50,360 bases of DNA from a virus (Duplodnaviria > Caudoviricetes). Of this stretch, positions 17,243 to 24,760 are shown in pieces (the stretch's first letter is position 1; each line of letters starts with the position of its first letter). The notes beneath the pieces were generated by a model. The model did no database searches. It was given only the letters and a program-made list of their open reading frames with translations, and was not told the DNA's origin. The DNA lies in the IMG/VR virus record IMGVR_UViG_3300037743_000183, positions 1 to 50,360 of that record; one strand, given 5' to 3'. Both the position numbers and the translations under genes were made by a program.

Positions 17243-17535
17243 CACCGCGCACCCCCCGCCGGCTCGGCGGTGGGCTCGGCGGGCTTGTCCCACCGGTCCA
17301 TGAGGGCCTCGAACTCCTCCGGGGTCAACAGCCCGGTCATCAGGTCATCGGGCTCGGCCTCGCGGATCATCCCCGCGAGCCCGAGCAGCTCGGCCCGGTC
17401 GACGGTGACCGCGATGACGCGCTTGAACCGGGAGCGGGTGTGGATGATCAGGTAGCCCTCGTCGCCGGACGCGGCGATCTCGATGCCGGTGGCGTCCACG
17501 TCGCGGAAGATCCACCAGTCGTATAGCCAGGTCAC
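17242..17535 (-). CDS. hypothetical protein
   Basis: GTGA overlap; GGGAG RBS. Confidence 0.55.
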   Translation of the reverse strand: MTWLYDWWIFRDVDATGIEIAASGDEGYLIIHTRSRFKRVIAVTVDRAELLGLAGMIREAEPDDLMTGLLTPEEFEALMDRWDKPAEPTAEPAGGAR

Positions 17536-17831
17536 CGGGTGCTCCCGGTTGGCTCGGCGGTGGTCTGGGTGTCGAGCCGGTCCAGGTAGGCGAACGCTGG
17601 CTCTGCGAACCACCTCCTCAGACCGGTATGGCTAATCTCGATCCCGGTCCTCTGCTCGATCTCTGTGGCGATGGTTCGCCAAGAGGTCCCGGCGATGCGA
17701 TGGGCGATCACGAACTCGGCAACCGGCACACCGAGTCGCTCACTGGTCAACTGCTGGAGTCGGGTTGGCGTGTCCGTTTTCCTTAGTGGAAACCTCCGGA
17801 CCAGCTCGGTCGGGTCGAACGTGGTGGCCAT
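17532..17831 (-). CDS. HTH DNA-binding protein
   Basis: SWRTIATEIEQRTGIEISHTGLRRW. Confidence 0.7.
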   Translation of the reverse strand: MATTFDPTELVRRFPLRKTDTPTRLQQLTSERLGVPVAEFVIAHRIAGTSWRTIATEIEQRTGIEISHTGLRRWFAEPAFAYLDRLDTQTTAEPTGSTR

Positions 17832-18067
17832 CAGCGGACACCTCCGGCCTGCTCGGCCGCGGGCAGGAACCGGGTCACCGGCACGTCGAGCGCGGCGGCG
17901 ATCTCTTGCAGGTCGGTGACGGTGAGCGCGACCGCCCCGCTGATCCGGCGGTGGGTGTAGACGTGGTCCCAGCCGAGCAGCCGCGCCAGGTGGCGCTGAG
18001 AGACCTGACGTAGCGTCATCTCGCGCCGGATAGCGTCGAGCACGTCGCCCGAAGCGGTGGTAGTCAT
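17831..18067 (-). CDS. Cro-like XRE HTH regulator
   Basis: IRREMTLRQVSQRHLARLLGW..RRISG..DLQEIAAALDV; divergent from the repressor. Confidence 0.85.
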   Translation of the reverse strand: MTTTASGDVLDAIRREMTLRQVSQRHLARLLGWDHVYTHRRISGAVALTVTDLQEIAAALDVPVTRFLPAAEQAGGVR

Positions 18068-18191
18068 GGCTAGATGATGCTACGGGCTACGTAGCAGCGT
18101 CAAGCTACGCCACGCGAAACACCCGAACGGATGACACGGCATCGTCTCAGTGGTCTTGACGGATACACAGACTCCGTGCCACCGTTACGCC
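18068..18191. promoter_or_regulatory. divergent lysis/lysogeny switch promoters, both apparently leaderless
   Basis: Leftward TTGACG-18-CATCAT-6-ATG; rightward TTGACG(18156)-18-CACCGT-6-ATG(18192); GCTACG repeats including the palindrome GCTACGTAGC. Confidence 0.7.
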
Positions 18192-18650
18192 ATGAGTAAC
18201 AGTGAGACGCTGAGCGCTCGGGTCGCGGAGGAGATACGCGCCATGCTGGCGCGGCGCCGGGTCAGCGGTCGCGAACTGGCACGCAGGCTGGCTGTCTCGT
18301 CTCCGTGGGTGTCCAACCGGCTGACTGGACACCAGGAGATCGGACTCAACGACCTGGAGCGCATCGCCGACGCGCTCAGCGTCGAGGTGACCGAGCTGCT
18401 ACCACTGGCTGACCAGCCGGCCGAGCGGGTCCTGACGCGCCGCCGCAGGTTACCGGCAAGCTATCCCATTGCTGCCGGGCAGGCCACCCCCGACCAGCCG
18501 AACGGCCACACGATTCGCCCGACCGGACGGGCCACCGGCTCCCTCAGAAGCATGAGCCGCGTACCCGCCCAAACCGGCGGCGGCATCAGCCGCCCGGCCC
18601 GACTCTCCCACCCGCCAGCCCCGGCACCACACAGCGCCACCACCCGATAA
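18192..18650 (+). CDS. immunity repressor (XRE HTH) with long low-complexity C-terminal tail
   Basis: EIRAMLARRRVSGRELARRL..VSNRLTG..DLERIADAL; divergent from cro, co-oriented with the integrase. Confidence 0.85.
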   Translation: MSNSETLSARVAEEIRAMLARRRVSGRELARRLAVSSPWVSNRLTGHQEIGLNDLERIADALSVEVTELLPLADQPAERVLTRRRRLPASYPIAAGQATPDQPNGHTIRPTGRATGSLRSMSRVPAQTGGGISRPARLSHPPAPAPHSATTR

Positions 18651-18656
18651 CCCGAC

Positions 18657-19457
18657 ATGAGCACCCCCGACGCCGACATCCTCGAGGACTACCTCGAACA
18701 CCTCACCCGCATCGGCCGTTCCCCGAAGACGATCCGCACCTACGGGATCGCGTTGCGCGCCGCGCACCGGGAGCTGCCTGCCGGGGTGCCCACCGCCACC
18801 GCCGCCGAGATCACCGCCTGGCTCGGCCGGTACGCCAGCGCGGCCACCCGCCGCACCTACCACGCCGCGTTGACCGGCTGCATCTCCTGGGCGGTCGCCG
18901 TCGGGCACATCAGCCGGGACGAAGGGGCGCTGGTCCCCCGCCCCCGGGTCCGCCCAGGCCTGCCCAACCCGTGCAGCGACGCCGAGCTCGCGGCGATCCT
19001 GGCCCGGGCGGCCGAGCCGTACCGGCTGTGGTCGCTGCTCGCCGCCTACGCCGGCGCCAGGTGTATCGAGATCGCCCGCCTCCGGCGTGAGCACATCGAC
19101 CCCGAACGGGTGACGCTACACGGCAAGGGCGACAAAACCCGCCGGGTGCCCACCCACCCGCTGGTCTGGGCGGCGGTCGAGGGCCTGCCGCCGGGTCCGG
19201 TGGCGCCGGGGCGGGACCCGTGGCGTGACCAGGTGTCGGCCGAGCTACGCCGCACCTACCTCGCCCTGGGGGTGGACGTGACCGCGCATCAGCTCCGGCA
19301 CTGGTACGGCACCGCGCTGGTGATGTCTGGGGCCGGGCTGGAGGAGGTGCGGGAGCTGATGGGCCACGCGTCGATCTCGACCACGCTGGGGTATGTCCGG
19401 GTCGCCAGCCCCCGGTTGGCGGCGGCGGTCGGCCGGCTGCCGGCGTTGGTCGGGTGA
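18657..19457 (+). CDS. tyrosine integrase/recombinase, short (no arm-binding domain)
   Basis: YAGARCIEI (R), HGKGDKTR (K), AHQLRHWYGT (HxxR), LMGHAS (H), TLGY (Y); 266 aa. Confidence 0.93.
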   Translation: MSTPDADILEDYLEHLTRIGRSPKTIRTYGIALRAAHRELPAGVPTATAAEITAWLGRYASAATRRTYHAALTGCISWAVAVGHISRDEGALVPRPRVRPGLPNPCSDAELAAILARAAEPYRLWSLLAAYAGARCIEIARLRREHIDPERVTLHGKGDKTRRVPTHPLVWAAVEGLPPGPVAPGRDPWRDQVSAELRRTYLALGVDVTAHQLRHWYGTALVMSGAGLEEVRELMGHASISTTLGYVRVASPRLAAAVGRLPALVG

Positions 19458-19476
19458 CGGGTTCACCCGTTCGGGC

Positions 19477-19523
19477 ACTGTAGCGCGCTTGACACCCCTG
19501 CTATAGCGCGCTACAGTAAAGGC
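19477..19523 (+). promoter_or_regulatory. consensus-like leaderless promoter overlapped by a 13-bp inverted repeat (operator)
   Basis: TTGACA(19489)-17-TACAGT(19512)-6-ATG; arms actgtagcgcgct 19477..19489 and agcgcgctacagt 19505..19517. Confidence 0.8.
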
Positions 19524-19889
19524 ATGACGCAGACGGGCTACCGAGTCCAGCCAGGCAACCGCCCCACCGACACGCTGCTGCACGCCGAGGCGCAGATCTC
19601 CAGCGCCTGGCACCGCGACGACCTCGACCGCTCCGGCATCTCCGTCTGCGAGTCCCGCCAGGCGCTGGCCGGCTACCTGGCCACCGTCGGCGAGGGCATC
19701 CCCTACGGCTCCGGCGGCTGGGTGCTGGTCGAGCTTGAGGGCACCGAGTCCGACGACACCCCGCTAGACGCCGAGCACGGCGAGATCCTGCTCCACCCGA
19801 CCCGGATCGTCAGCGTCACCAGCCTCGACGACGACACCGAGATGTGGGACATGATCGGCGCCGCCTACGACACCGCCACTGAGGAGTGA
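19524..19889 (+). CDS. putative ADP-ribosyltransferase-fold protein (R-S-E pattern)
   Basis: GYRVQ...GISVC-helix...WVLVEL...GEILLHP-RIV; ORF is solid, fold call is by eye. Confidence 0.5.
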   Translation: MTQTGYRVQPGNRPTDTLLHAEAQISSAWHRDDLDRSGISVCESRQALAGYLATVGEGIPYGSGGWVLVELEGTESDDTPLDAEHGEILLHPTRIVSVTSLDDDTEMWDMIGAAYDTATEE

Positions 19890-20323
19890 GCATGACCACG
19901 ACGACCGGGACGGCCTACGCCGCCCACATCATCACCGCCACCGACCAGCTCGGCGACCCGGAGGTCGTCATCATGACGGCCGCCGATGAGGTCGGCGCCG
20001 CTGACCTGATCACGGCCTACCCGCTGGCCGATGACGCCGATTGGCGCGACGTGCTCGCCGGGCACGGCTGGCGGATCGTCGGCGACCCAACCCACGAGCC
20101 GTACACCATCGTGCCCGTGTCGCCGGTCGACTGGCCGGCGCTGGTCCGGGCGGTCACCTTTGCCCGGGCGCAGGCACAGGCGGAGTTGGACCGGCAGGAC
20201 CGCGCGTGGCGGACCGTCGTGAGGGACGCCATGGTCACCGATGGCGTGCCGCGCCAGGACATCGCCGAGGCCGCAGAGGTCACCGTGGCCCGGGCGTACC
20301 AGATCCGGGACGGGCGCAGGTGA
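19886..20323 (+). CDS. protein with C-terminal HTH (likely autorepressor or partner)
   Basis: GVPRQDIAEAAEVTVARAYQIRDGRR; GTGA overlap. Confidence 0.7.
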   Translation: MSMTTTTGTAYAAHIITATDQLGDPEVVIMTAADEVGAADLITAYPLADDADWRDVLAGHGWRIVGDPTHEPYTIVPVSPVDWPALVRAVTFARAQAQAELDRQDRAWRTVVRDAMVTDGVPRQDIAEAAEVTVARAYQIRDGRR

Positions 20324-20331
20324 GGCCGCGC

Positions 20332-20595
20332 TCAGCTCAGCCGGCGGGGCCGGCCCCGCCGGTCCCGGCCCGGCGGATCGCTGACCACCACCACCGCCAG
20401 CGCCACCGCCGGCAGATGACGCGGCCGGGCCACCACCACCACATCCGCCGCACCGGCCAGCACCAGCCGCCGGGCCGTGTCCGCGTCCCCGGTCACCGCG
20501 GCCACCTGCCAGCCGCGCACCCGGCACAGCCCCGCGCACTCCTGCTGCCAGCGGGTCTGGTCGACGCCGGCGGGGGCGTAGATGACGGCACGCAC
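20332..20595 (-). CDS. degenerate resolvase-N-like small protein
   Basis: MRAVIYA..Q..C..RGWQV..GAADVVVV; lacks the RVS catalytic motif. Confidence 0.5.
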   Translation of the reverse strand: MRAVIYAPAGVDQTRWQQECAGLCRVRGWQVAAVTGDADTARRLVLAGAADVVVVARPRHLPAVALAVVVVSDPPGRDRRGRPRRLS

Positions 20596-20664
20596 CGGGG
20601 AGCCTCCGCACTCCCGCCGTCCGGTGCAACGATGCGAGACCGGTTCGCGTCGCTGTGAGCATGC

Positions 20665-20886
20665 TCACCAAGCCGGGTCGACAAAGGGACGGACGTCCGG
20701 GACCTCCACCGTGAGCGTGCAACTCCGGCCGTCCGGGCTCACCTGTGCCCCGACCACCGTCCCACGTCGGGACAGTCCCGGCAGCTTCACCGGCACGGTC
20801 TTGCCGATCTGGCTGTCGAACGCGTCCGGGGCGAACACCTCGTCAGGCCCGGCCCGCACGTTCATTCCGATCCGCATAGTTTCCAT
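20665..20886 (-). CDS. hypothetical protein
   Basis: GAGAGGA RBS; FAPDAFDSQIGKTVPV. Confidence 0.6.
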   Translation of the reverse strand: METMRIGMNVRAGPDEVFAPDAFDSQIGKTVPVKLPGLSRRGTVVGAQVSPDGRSCTLTVEVPDVRPFVDPAW

Positions 20887-21003
20887 GAGCTGATCCTCTC
20901 TCTACTCACCCGGTCGGGGTGGGCCACTCGGCCGGTGGTGGCGGCCGGCAGCCGGGGGTTACCGTCGCGCGGGGGGCTGCGAGGGGTGCGGGGTGGGCGC
21001 CGG

Positions 21004-21222
21004 TCACCCGGGGGCCGGCGCCTCTTCCTGGCACTGCTGAGGCTCCGGATGCGCATCGTCGTACAGGAACGCGACGCTGGCGCCCATCACGAACACGGCG
21101 CCGACCAGCACGATCCCCGACACGAACACGCCGGCCCGCCACCAGCCGGTGGTGCCGGCGCTCAGCTCGCCGCCAAGCCCCAGGCCCGTGAGCAACAACA
21201 ACGCGATGATCAGCCAGTCCAT
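21004..21222 (-). CDS. small two-TM membrane protein
   Basis: Two hydrophobic helices; TGATG overlap. Confidence 0.6.
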   Translation of the reverse strand: MDWLIIALLLLTGLGLGGELSAGTTGWWRAGVFVSGIVLVGAVFVMGASVAFLYDDAHPEPQQCQEEAPAPG

Positions 21223-21449
21223 CAGCTACCCTCCCGCCGCCAGTTGGCGCCCTTCCCCGGCCGCCCCTTCATCAGCGCATCCAGCCGCAGCGCCAGGTAC
21301 AGCGGCTTACGCCCGTCCAACATCGCATCCGGCACCACCCGCAGCCGCGACAGGGCGCTAGTCATCGAGTGGGGCTTCAGCCCGTACCGGGCGGCGGCCT
21401 GCTCAACCGTGAGCGCAAGCCGGCCGTCCAGGGTGATCCGCAGCTTCAC
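21222..21449 (-). CDS. small winged-HTH/excisionase-like DNA-binding protein
   Basis: LTVEQAAARYGL..SMTSALSR..LY..RPGKG. Confidence 0.6.
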   Translation of the reverse strand: MKLRITLDGRLALTVEQAAARYGLKPHSMTSALSRLRVVPDAMLDGRKPLYLALRLDALMKGRPGKGANWRREGS

Positions 21450-21685
21450 AGGACCACCCACCAGACCAGCAGCGGCGCCACCGGTATCCCGATGATGCCC
21501 AGCAGCATCCCCAGCATGGCGGCCACGAACCGGTTGTCGTACCGCCTCCGGGCCACCTGGTCGCCCCGCCTCTTGGCCTTCACCCCGTCGATCCGCTCGG
21601 CCACCGCCCAGCCGAAGCAGGCCAGCGCCACGACGGCGGAGGTCATGGCCACCTGGGTGAGCATCGCCCACTGCTGCCCGGTCAT
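21446..21685 (-). CDS. small two-TM membrane protein
   Basis: AGGAGG RBS; two hydrophobic helices. Confidence 0.65.
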   Translation of the reverse strand: MTGQQWAMLTQVAMTSAVVALACFGWAVAERIDGVKAKRRGDQVARRRYDNRFVAAMLGMLLGIIGIPVAPLLVWWVVL

Positions 21686-21701
21686 GTCCCCTCCTGTCCG
21701 G

Positions 21702-21983
21702 TCATGCCTCAGCCCTCGGCTCGGGCAGTACCGGCGGGGTCCACAGAGTCTCGATCGGTACCGGGCCGCTGTACCGCCGGCACCGACAGGTGTAGTCGTA
21801 GTAGCCGTCCTTGACCCGAGCGTGACAAGCGCCAGACTCAGGATCATGCATGGAGCGGTGGTGGGTACACCCGCAGACCTGCTGGTCGTCCGGTGGTCGA
21901 CGACTGACCCGACCGATCCGGCCAGCCAGGAAACCCACGGCCAGCAGCGCAGCCCCGACGGCTAGGCTCAGCGGCTCAATCAT
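21702..21983 (-). CDS. membrane-anchored Cys/His-rich protein
   Basis: N-terminal TM; CGCTHH..H..C..CRCRRY; TACGCT-6-ATG leaderless start. Confidence 0.7.
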   Translation of the reverse strand: MIEPLSLAVGAALLAVGFLAGRIGRVSRRPPDDQQVCGCTHHRSMHDPESGACHARVKDGYYDYTCRCRRYSGPVPIETLWTPPVLPEPRAEA

Positions 21984-22104
21984 GCCCCCAGCGTACACCC
22001 GGTGGCAGTCTCAGGGTCCTACTTGCAGCCAGAGCGCGTCATCCGAACGGGTGAACTTCACCCAGGGACTTGTGTTTGCCGCGCTGGTGCTGCATACTTA
22101 AGGT

Positions 22105-22590
22105 ACAACAGAAAAAAGAACACAAGATCTCAGGAGAAACCACAGGGCCGCGGAAGCGGAAGCCGGAACCGGGAGGACAGACAAGAAGGCACCTGATGCC
22201 ACGAGGGGAGCCGACCGGACCAGTTGCGACGATCACTGACCGCCCAGGCGGTCGGGCTCTCGACCGGCACCCGCAGCCACGGCTCGGGACCGCCCCAGAG
22301 AGGCTTCCCCGGCGGCTCCCCCCGTGGCATCAGGTACACACAGACAACTTGCACCCACATGGCCGGCTCGCCGTCCCGTGAACCGGTGGTGGCTGCCCCT
22401 CCAGGCTCAGGCGGGTGGGGCGCATGCCGAAGCCACTGGCGAGGAGAGCCCTCCGGCGAGCCGGCCATGTGGGTGCAGGTCCACACACCGGCACCCGAAC
22501 GAACCGCTGACCAGCCCGGTGCGGCCCCGGACCCCGGGGCCGTGCCGAGTCGGCCACACTGGCAGACACCACCACCGAAGGAGAGACACC
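22105..22590 (+). ncRNA. candidate structured ncRNA or long leader: array of long hairpins
   Basis: Promoter TTGTGT(22070)-17-CATACT(22093); stems 22191..22213/22313..22335 and 22347..22373/22454..22480; CAGACA linkers; no credible ORF. Confidence 0.6.
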
Positions 22591-23163
22591 ATGACCTACC
22601 AGCAGCCCGACCCGCAGCCGGCCCACAGCCAGCCGCCGGCGCCGGTCAAGGCGCCCAAGCACAAGCTCACCGCCCCCACCTGGCTGATCGCCATCAGCAT
22701 CACCCTGGTTGCCCTGTGCTGCATCGGCGGCGGGATCCTCGCCGTGGTCGGCATCGCCGGCACCGACACGGACGGCGACCCGCTGAACGACGCCAGCCCG
22801 GTCACCCAGCCCACCGAGCAGGGCACGCCAGCACCGGCCGGCCCCAACCCCGACGGCACCGTCGAGGGCGCCTGCGACCTGCTCCTGTTCGTCGAAGGGG
22901 ACCAGTCCGAGTTCGCGGCGTCGATCGACGTGGCCAACGTGGGCAACGTCGGCATTGTGGTCGAGGTGACCGCAGCCTTCGACCAGCTCGGCCAGGATGA
23001 CTACACGATCACCGATGAAGTGCGGGTGGAGGTGGGCGCGACTGAGACCGTGCACCTGGCCGAGCGGATCGACCACGCGGCGGTGGCCCGGCATCAGGAC
23101 GGCGGCTATGAGTGCCGGGTATCCGGGGAGATCGTGGACACGTTCGGGGACGTCCAGGACTGA
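22591..23163 (+). CDS. single-pass membrane protein with extracellular domain (superinfection-exclusion-like position)
   Basis: GAAGGAG RBS; Pro-rich N-terminus; TM WLIAISITLVALCCIGGGILAVVG; paired Cys in beta-rich ectodomain. Confidence 0.75.
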   Translation: MTYQQPDPQPAHSQPPAPVKAPKHKLTAPTWLIAISITLVALCCIGGGILAVVGIAGTDTDGDPLNDASPVTQPTEQGTPAPAGPNPDGTVEGACDLLLFVEGDQSEFAASIDVANVGNVGIVVEVTAAFDQLGQDDYTITDEVRVEVGATETVHLAERIDHAAVARHQDGGYECRVSGEIVDTFGDVQD

Positions 23164-23181
23164 CCCCGGACACGGCGAAGG

Positions 23182-23211
23182 AGCCCTCCCGGGCTGTCAC
23201 CCGGGAGGGCT
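23182..23211. terminator. hairpin between convergent genes (likely bidirectional terminator)
   Basis: agccctcccggg-6-cccgggagggct, 12-bp stem. Confidence 0.8.
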
Positions 23212-23232
23212 TCCCTTATGCCATTCTTCGGT

Positions 23233-23448
23233 TCAGGGCTGGAAGTCGCCCTTGTCGGCGTTCGGCGGGCGCGGGTCCTCACTGCTGTTGCCGTGGCCGC
23301 CCTTGTTGACGCACATCCAGCCGCCCTCGGACGGGTTGACCGCCGCCTCCTGGCCGGGTGGGCATTCGATCGGGTCGGCGTGCGCCGGGCTGGCCGCGGC
23401 GCCGACGCCGGCGGCGACCAGCGCCACCAGGATGATCAACTTACGCAT
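23233..23448 (-). CDS. small secreted protein
   Basis: Signal peptide MRKLIILVALVAAG..PAHA; two Cys; GAGGAG RBS. Confidence 0.75.
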   Translation of the reverse strand: MRKLIILVALVAAGVGAAASPAHADPIECPPGQEAAVNPSEGGWMCVNKGGHGNSSEDPRPPNADKGDFQP

Positions 23449-23473
23449 TGCGTTCTCCTCTGCTCAGGTCCCA

Positions 23474-23707
23474 TTATCTCGCGGCCCGCCGACGCTTGCG
23501 CCGGTACGCCACCGCGAAGTGGACCACCAGCCACAGGCTGAGCCCGCCGATCAGCGCGGCGGTCACCTCACCGGGGATGTGCCGCACTACCAGCGTGGTC
23601 CACGGTTCGGTGTCGGCGCTGCCGTCACAGGCGGCGAACAGCTCCATGCCGATCACCAGCCCGGTCAAGCCGAGGAACGCAATCCGCCAGCGGGTCGCCG
23701 GGCTCAT
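23474..23707 (-). CDS. two-TM membrane protein (lysis region)
   Basis: Two hydrophobic helices with basic C-terminus; EPWT.LV motif. Confidence 0.65.
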   Translation of the reverse strand: MSPATRWRIAFLGLTGLVIGMELFAACDGSADTEPWTTLVVRHIPGEVTAALIGGLSLWLVVHFAVAYRRKRRRAAR

Positions 23708-23838
23708 AACAGCGCCACCAGGAGCAGGATGCACAGCGCCAGGCCGATCATCAGGATGCCGGGGCCGAAGTCGGCGCCCGGGTCGCGGATCTCCTCGGTC
23801 TCGATCCAGCTTTCCGGCCGGTCATCCGGCTCGTTCAC
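23704..23838 (-). CDS. small membrane peptide
   Basis: AGGAGG RBS; C-terminal TM; overlaps both neighbours. Confidence 0.5.
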   Translation of the reverse strand: MNEPDDRPESWIETEEIRDPGADFGPGILMIGLALCILLLVALL

Positions 23839-24092
23839 CGTGGCGCCTCCTGCCCGGCGGCGCGGACGATCCGGGCCACCGTCGCCCCGGACCACGCCCG
23901 CCGGCGGCCCCACGCCCACACCAGCAGCGGCCCAGCGGTCGCGGCCAGCGCGATGATGCCCGGCCGGGCGTCGTCCGGCACCGGCAGGCCGTACCCGACC
24001 GCCACCCCTACCGCCGCCGTGGCCAGCGCGGTCCACGTTGCCGGCTTCGCCAGCGGCTCCCGGTCTTCTGGGTCAGGTGAGTACTCGCTCAT
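23835..24092 (-). CDS. putative holin
   Basis: REP..two TM helices..RRRAWS; downstream of the endolysin. Confidence 0.6.
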   Translation of the reverse strand: MSEYSPDPEDREPLAKPATWTALATAAVGVAVGYGLPVPDDARPGIIALAATAGPLLVWAWGRRRAWSGATVARIVRAAGQEAPR

Positions 24093-24108
24093 GTCCTCGT
24101 CCTCTCGC

Positions 24109-24465
24109 TCAGCCGCATCGTAGGCTCGGCGGCTCCGGCACCGGGTTGGCCACCAGCGCCTCCCGGTGGGCGTCGGACGCGGCCAGGTAGGCGGCCAGCG
24201 CCGCCGCGAACTCCTGCTCATCCTGTGAGGCGACCGCCCGCACCAGCCGGTCCAGCGCGTCCGTCCGGTCCCCGGCCAACCCACCTAGCACGTTGGACCG
24301 CGCCACCGTCGCGTCCCCCCACGCCTGCGTGCATTCGACGATCTCGGCCTGCTGCCGGGCCAGGCCCTCCACCCGTACGAAACCGGGTACGAACACGAGC
24401 GCCAGCATCAGCAGCATGACCGTGTACGGCCGGTCACGCAGCCAGTCGACTACGCGGCGGGTCAC
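24109..24465 (-). CDS. membrane-anchored helical protein (lysis cassette)
   Basis: N-terminal TM; C-terminal NPVPEPP..C. Confidence 0.65.
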   Translation of the reverse strand: MTRRVVDWLRDRPYTVMLLMLALVFVPGFVRVEGLARQQAEIVECTQAWGDATVARSNVLGGLAGDRTDALDRLVRAVASQDEQEFAAALAAYLAASDAHREALVANPVPEPPSLRCG

Positions 24466-24560
24466 GGGACCAGCCCGGCCAGCCAGAGAATCGCGAACAC
24501 CGTCGCCACCGACGCCAGGTACATGACGGTCAGCGGGTAGCGCCTAGTCAGGATCGCCAT
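24462..24560 (-). CDS. 32-aa membrane peptide, absent from ORF track
   Basis: MAILTRRYPLTVMYLASVATVFAILWLAGLVP; GAGGAG RBS. Confidence 0.5.
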   Translation of the reverse strand: MAILTRRYPLTVMYLASVATVFAILWLAGLVP

Positions 24561-24753
24561 TACGCCGTCTCCTCGCCTCATCGAGGGCCATCACCACAGG
24601 GCTGAGCAGGATCGCGCCCAGGAAGCTGAGCACCGCCGGCCGCGCCCCGCCGAGGATGACCTCCCACACGGCCAGCCCGAGCACCACCGTGACAACGGCG
24701 GTCTCCCGTATGGACCGGCTCACCCATCGGCCTGACCCTTGGACATCGGTCAT
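24544..24753 (-). CDS. two-TM membrane protein (holin-like)
   Basis: Two hydrophobic helices; directly after the endolysin. Confidence 0.6.
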   Translation of the reverse strand: MTDVQGSGRWVSRSIRETAVVTVVLGLAVWEVILGGARPAVLSFLGAILLSPVVMALDEARRRRNGDPD

Positions 24754-24760
24754 CTCCGGG

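Noticed and set aside
19477-19517. 13-bp inverted repeat as attP
   Set aside because: The 15-bp spacer is too long for a tyrosine-recombinase core (6-8 bp) and the arms overlap -35/-10, which fits an operator
19461-22056. 14-bp perfect inverted repeat (gttcacccgttcgg, 19461..19474 / 22043..22056) as an invertible segment next to the recombinase
   Set aside because: Both copies are instances of the recurring palindromic promoter motif and lack clear recombinase core-site structure; long reads showing both orientations would revive the idea
22105-22590. CRISPR mini-array, tRNA, attC cassette sites or known ribozyme
   Set aside because: No identical direct repeats with spacers, no cloverleaf or TTC loop, no RYYYAAC/GTTRRRY ends, no hammerhead core seen
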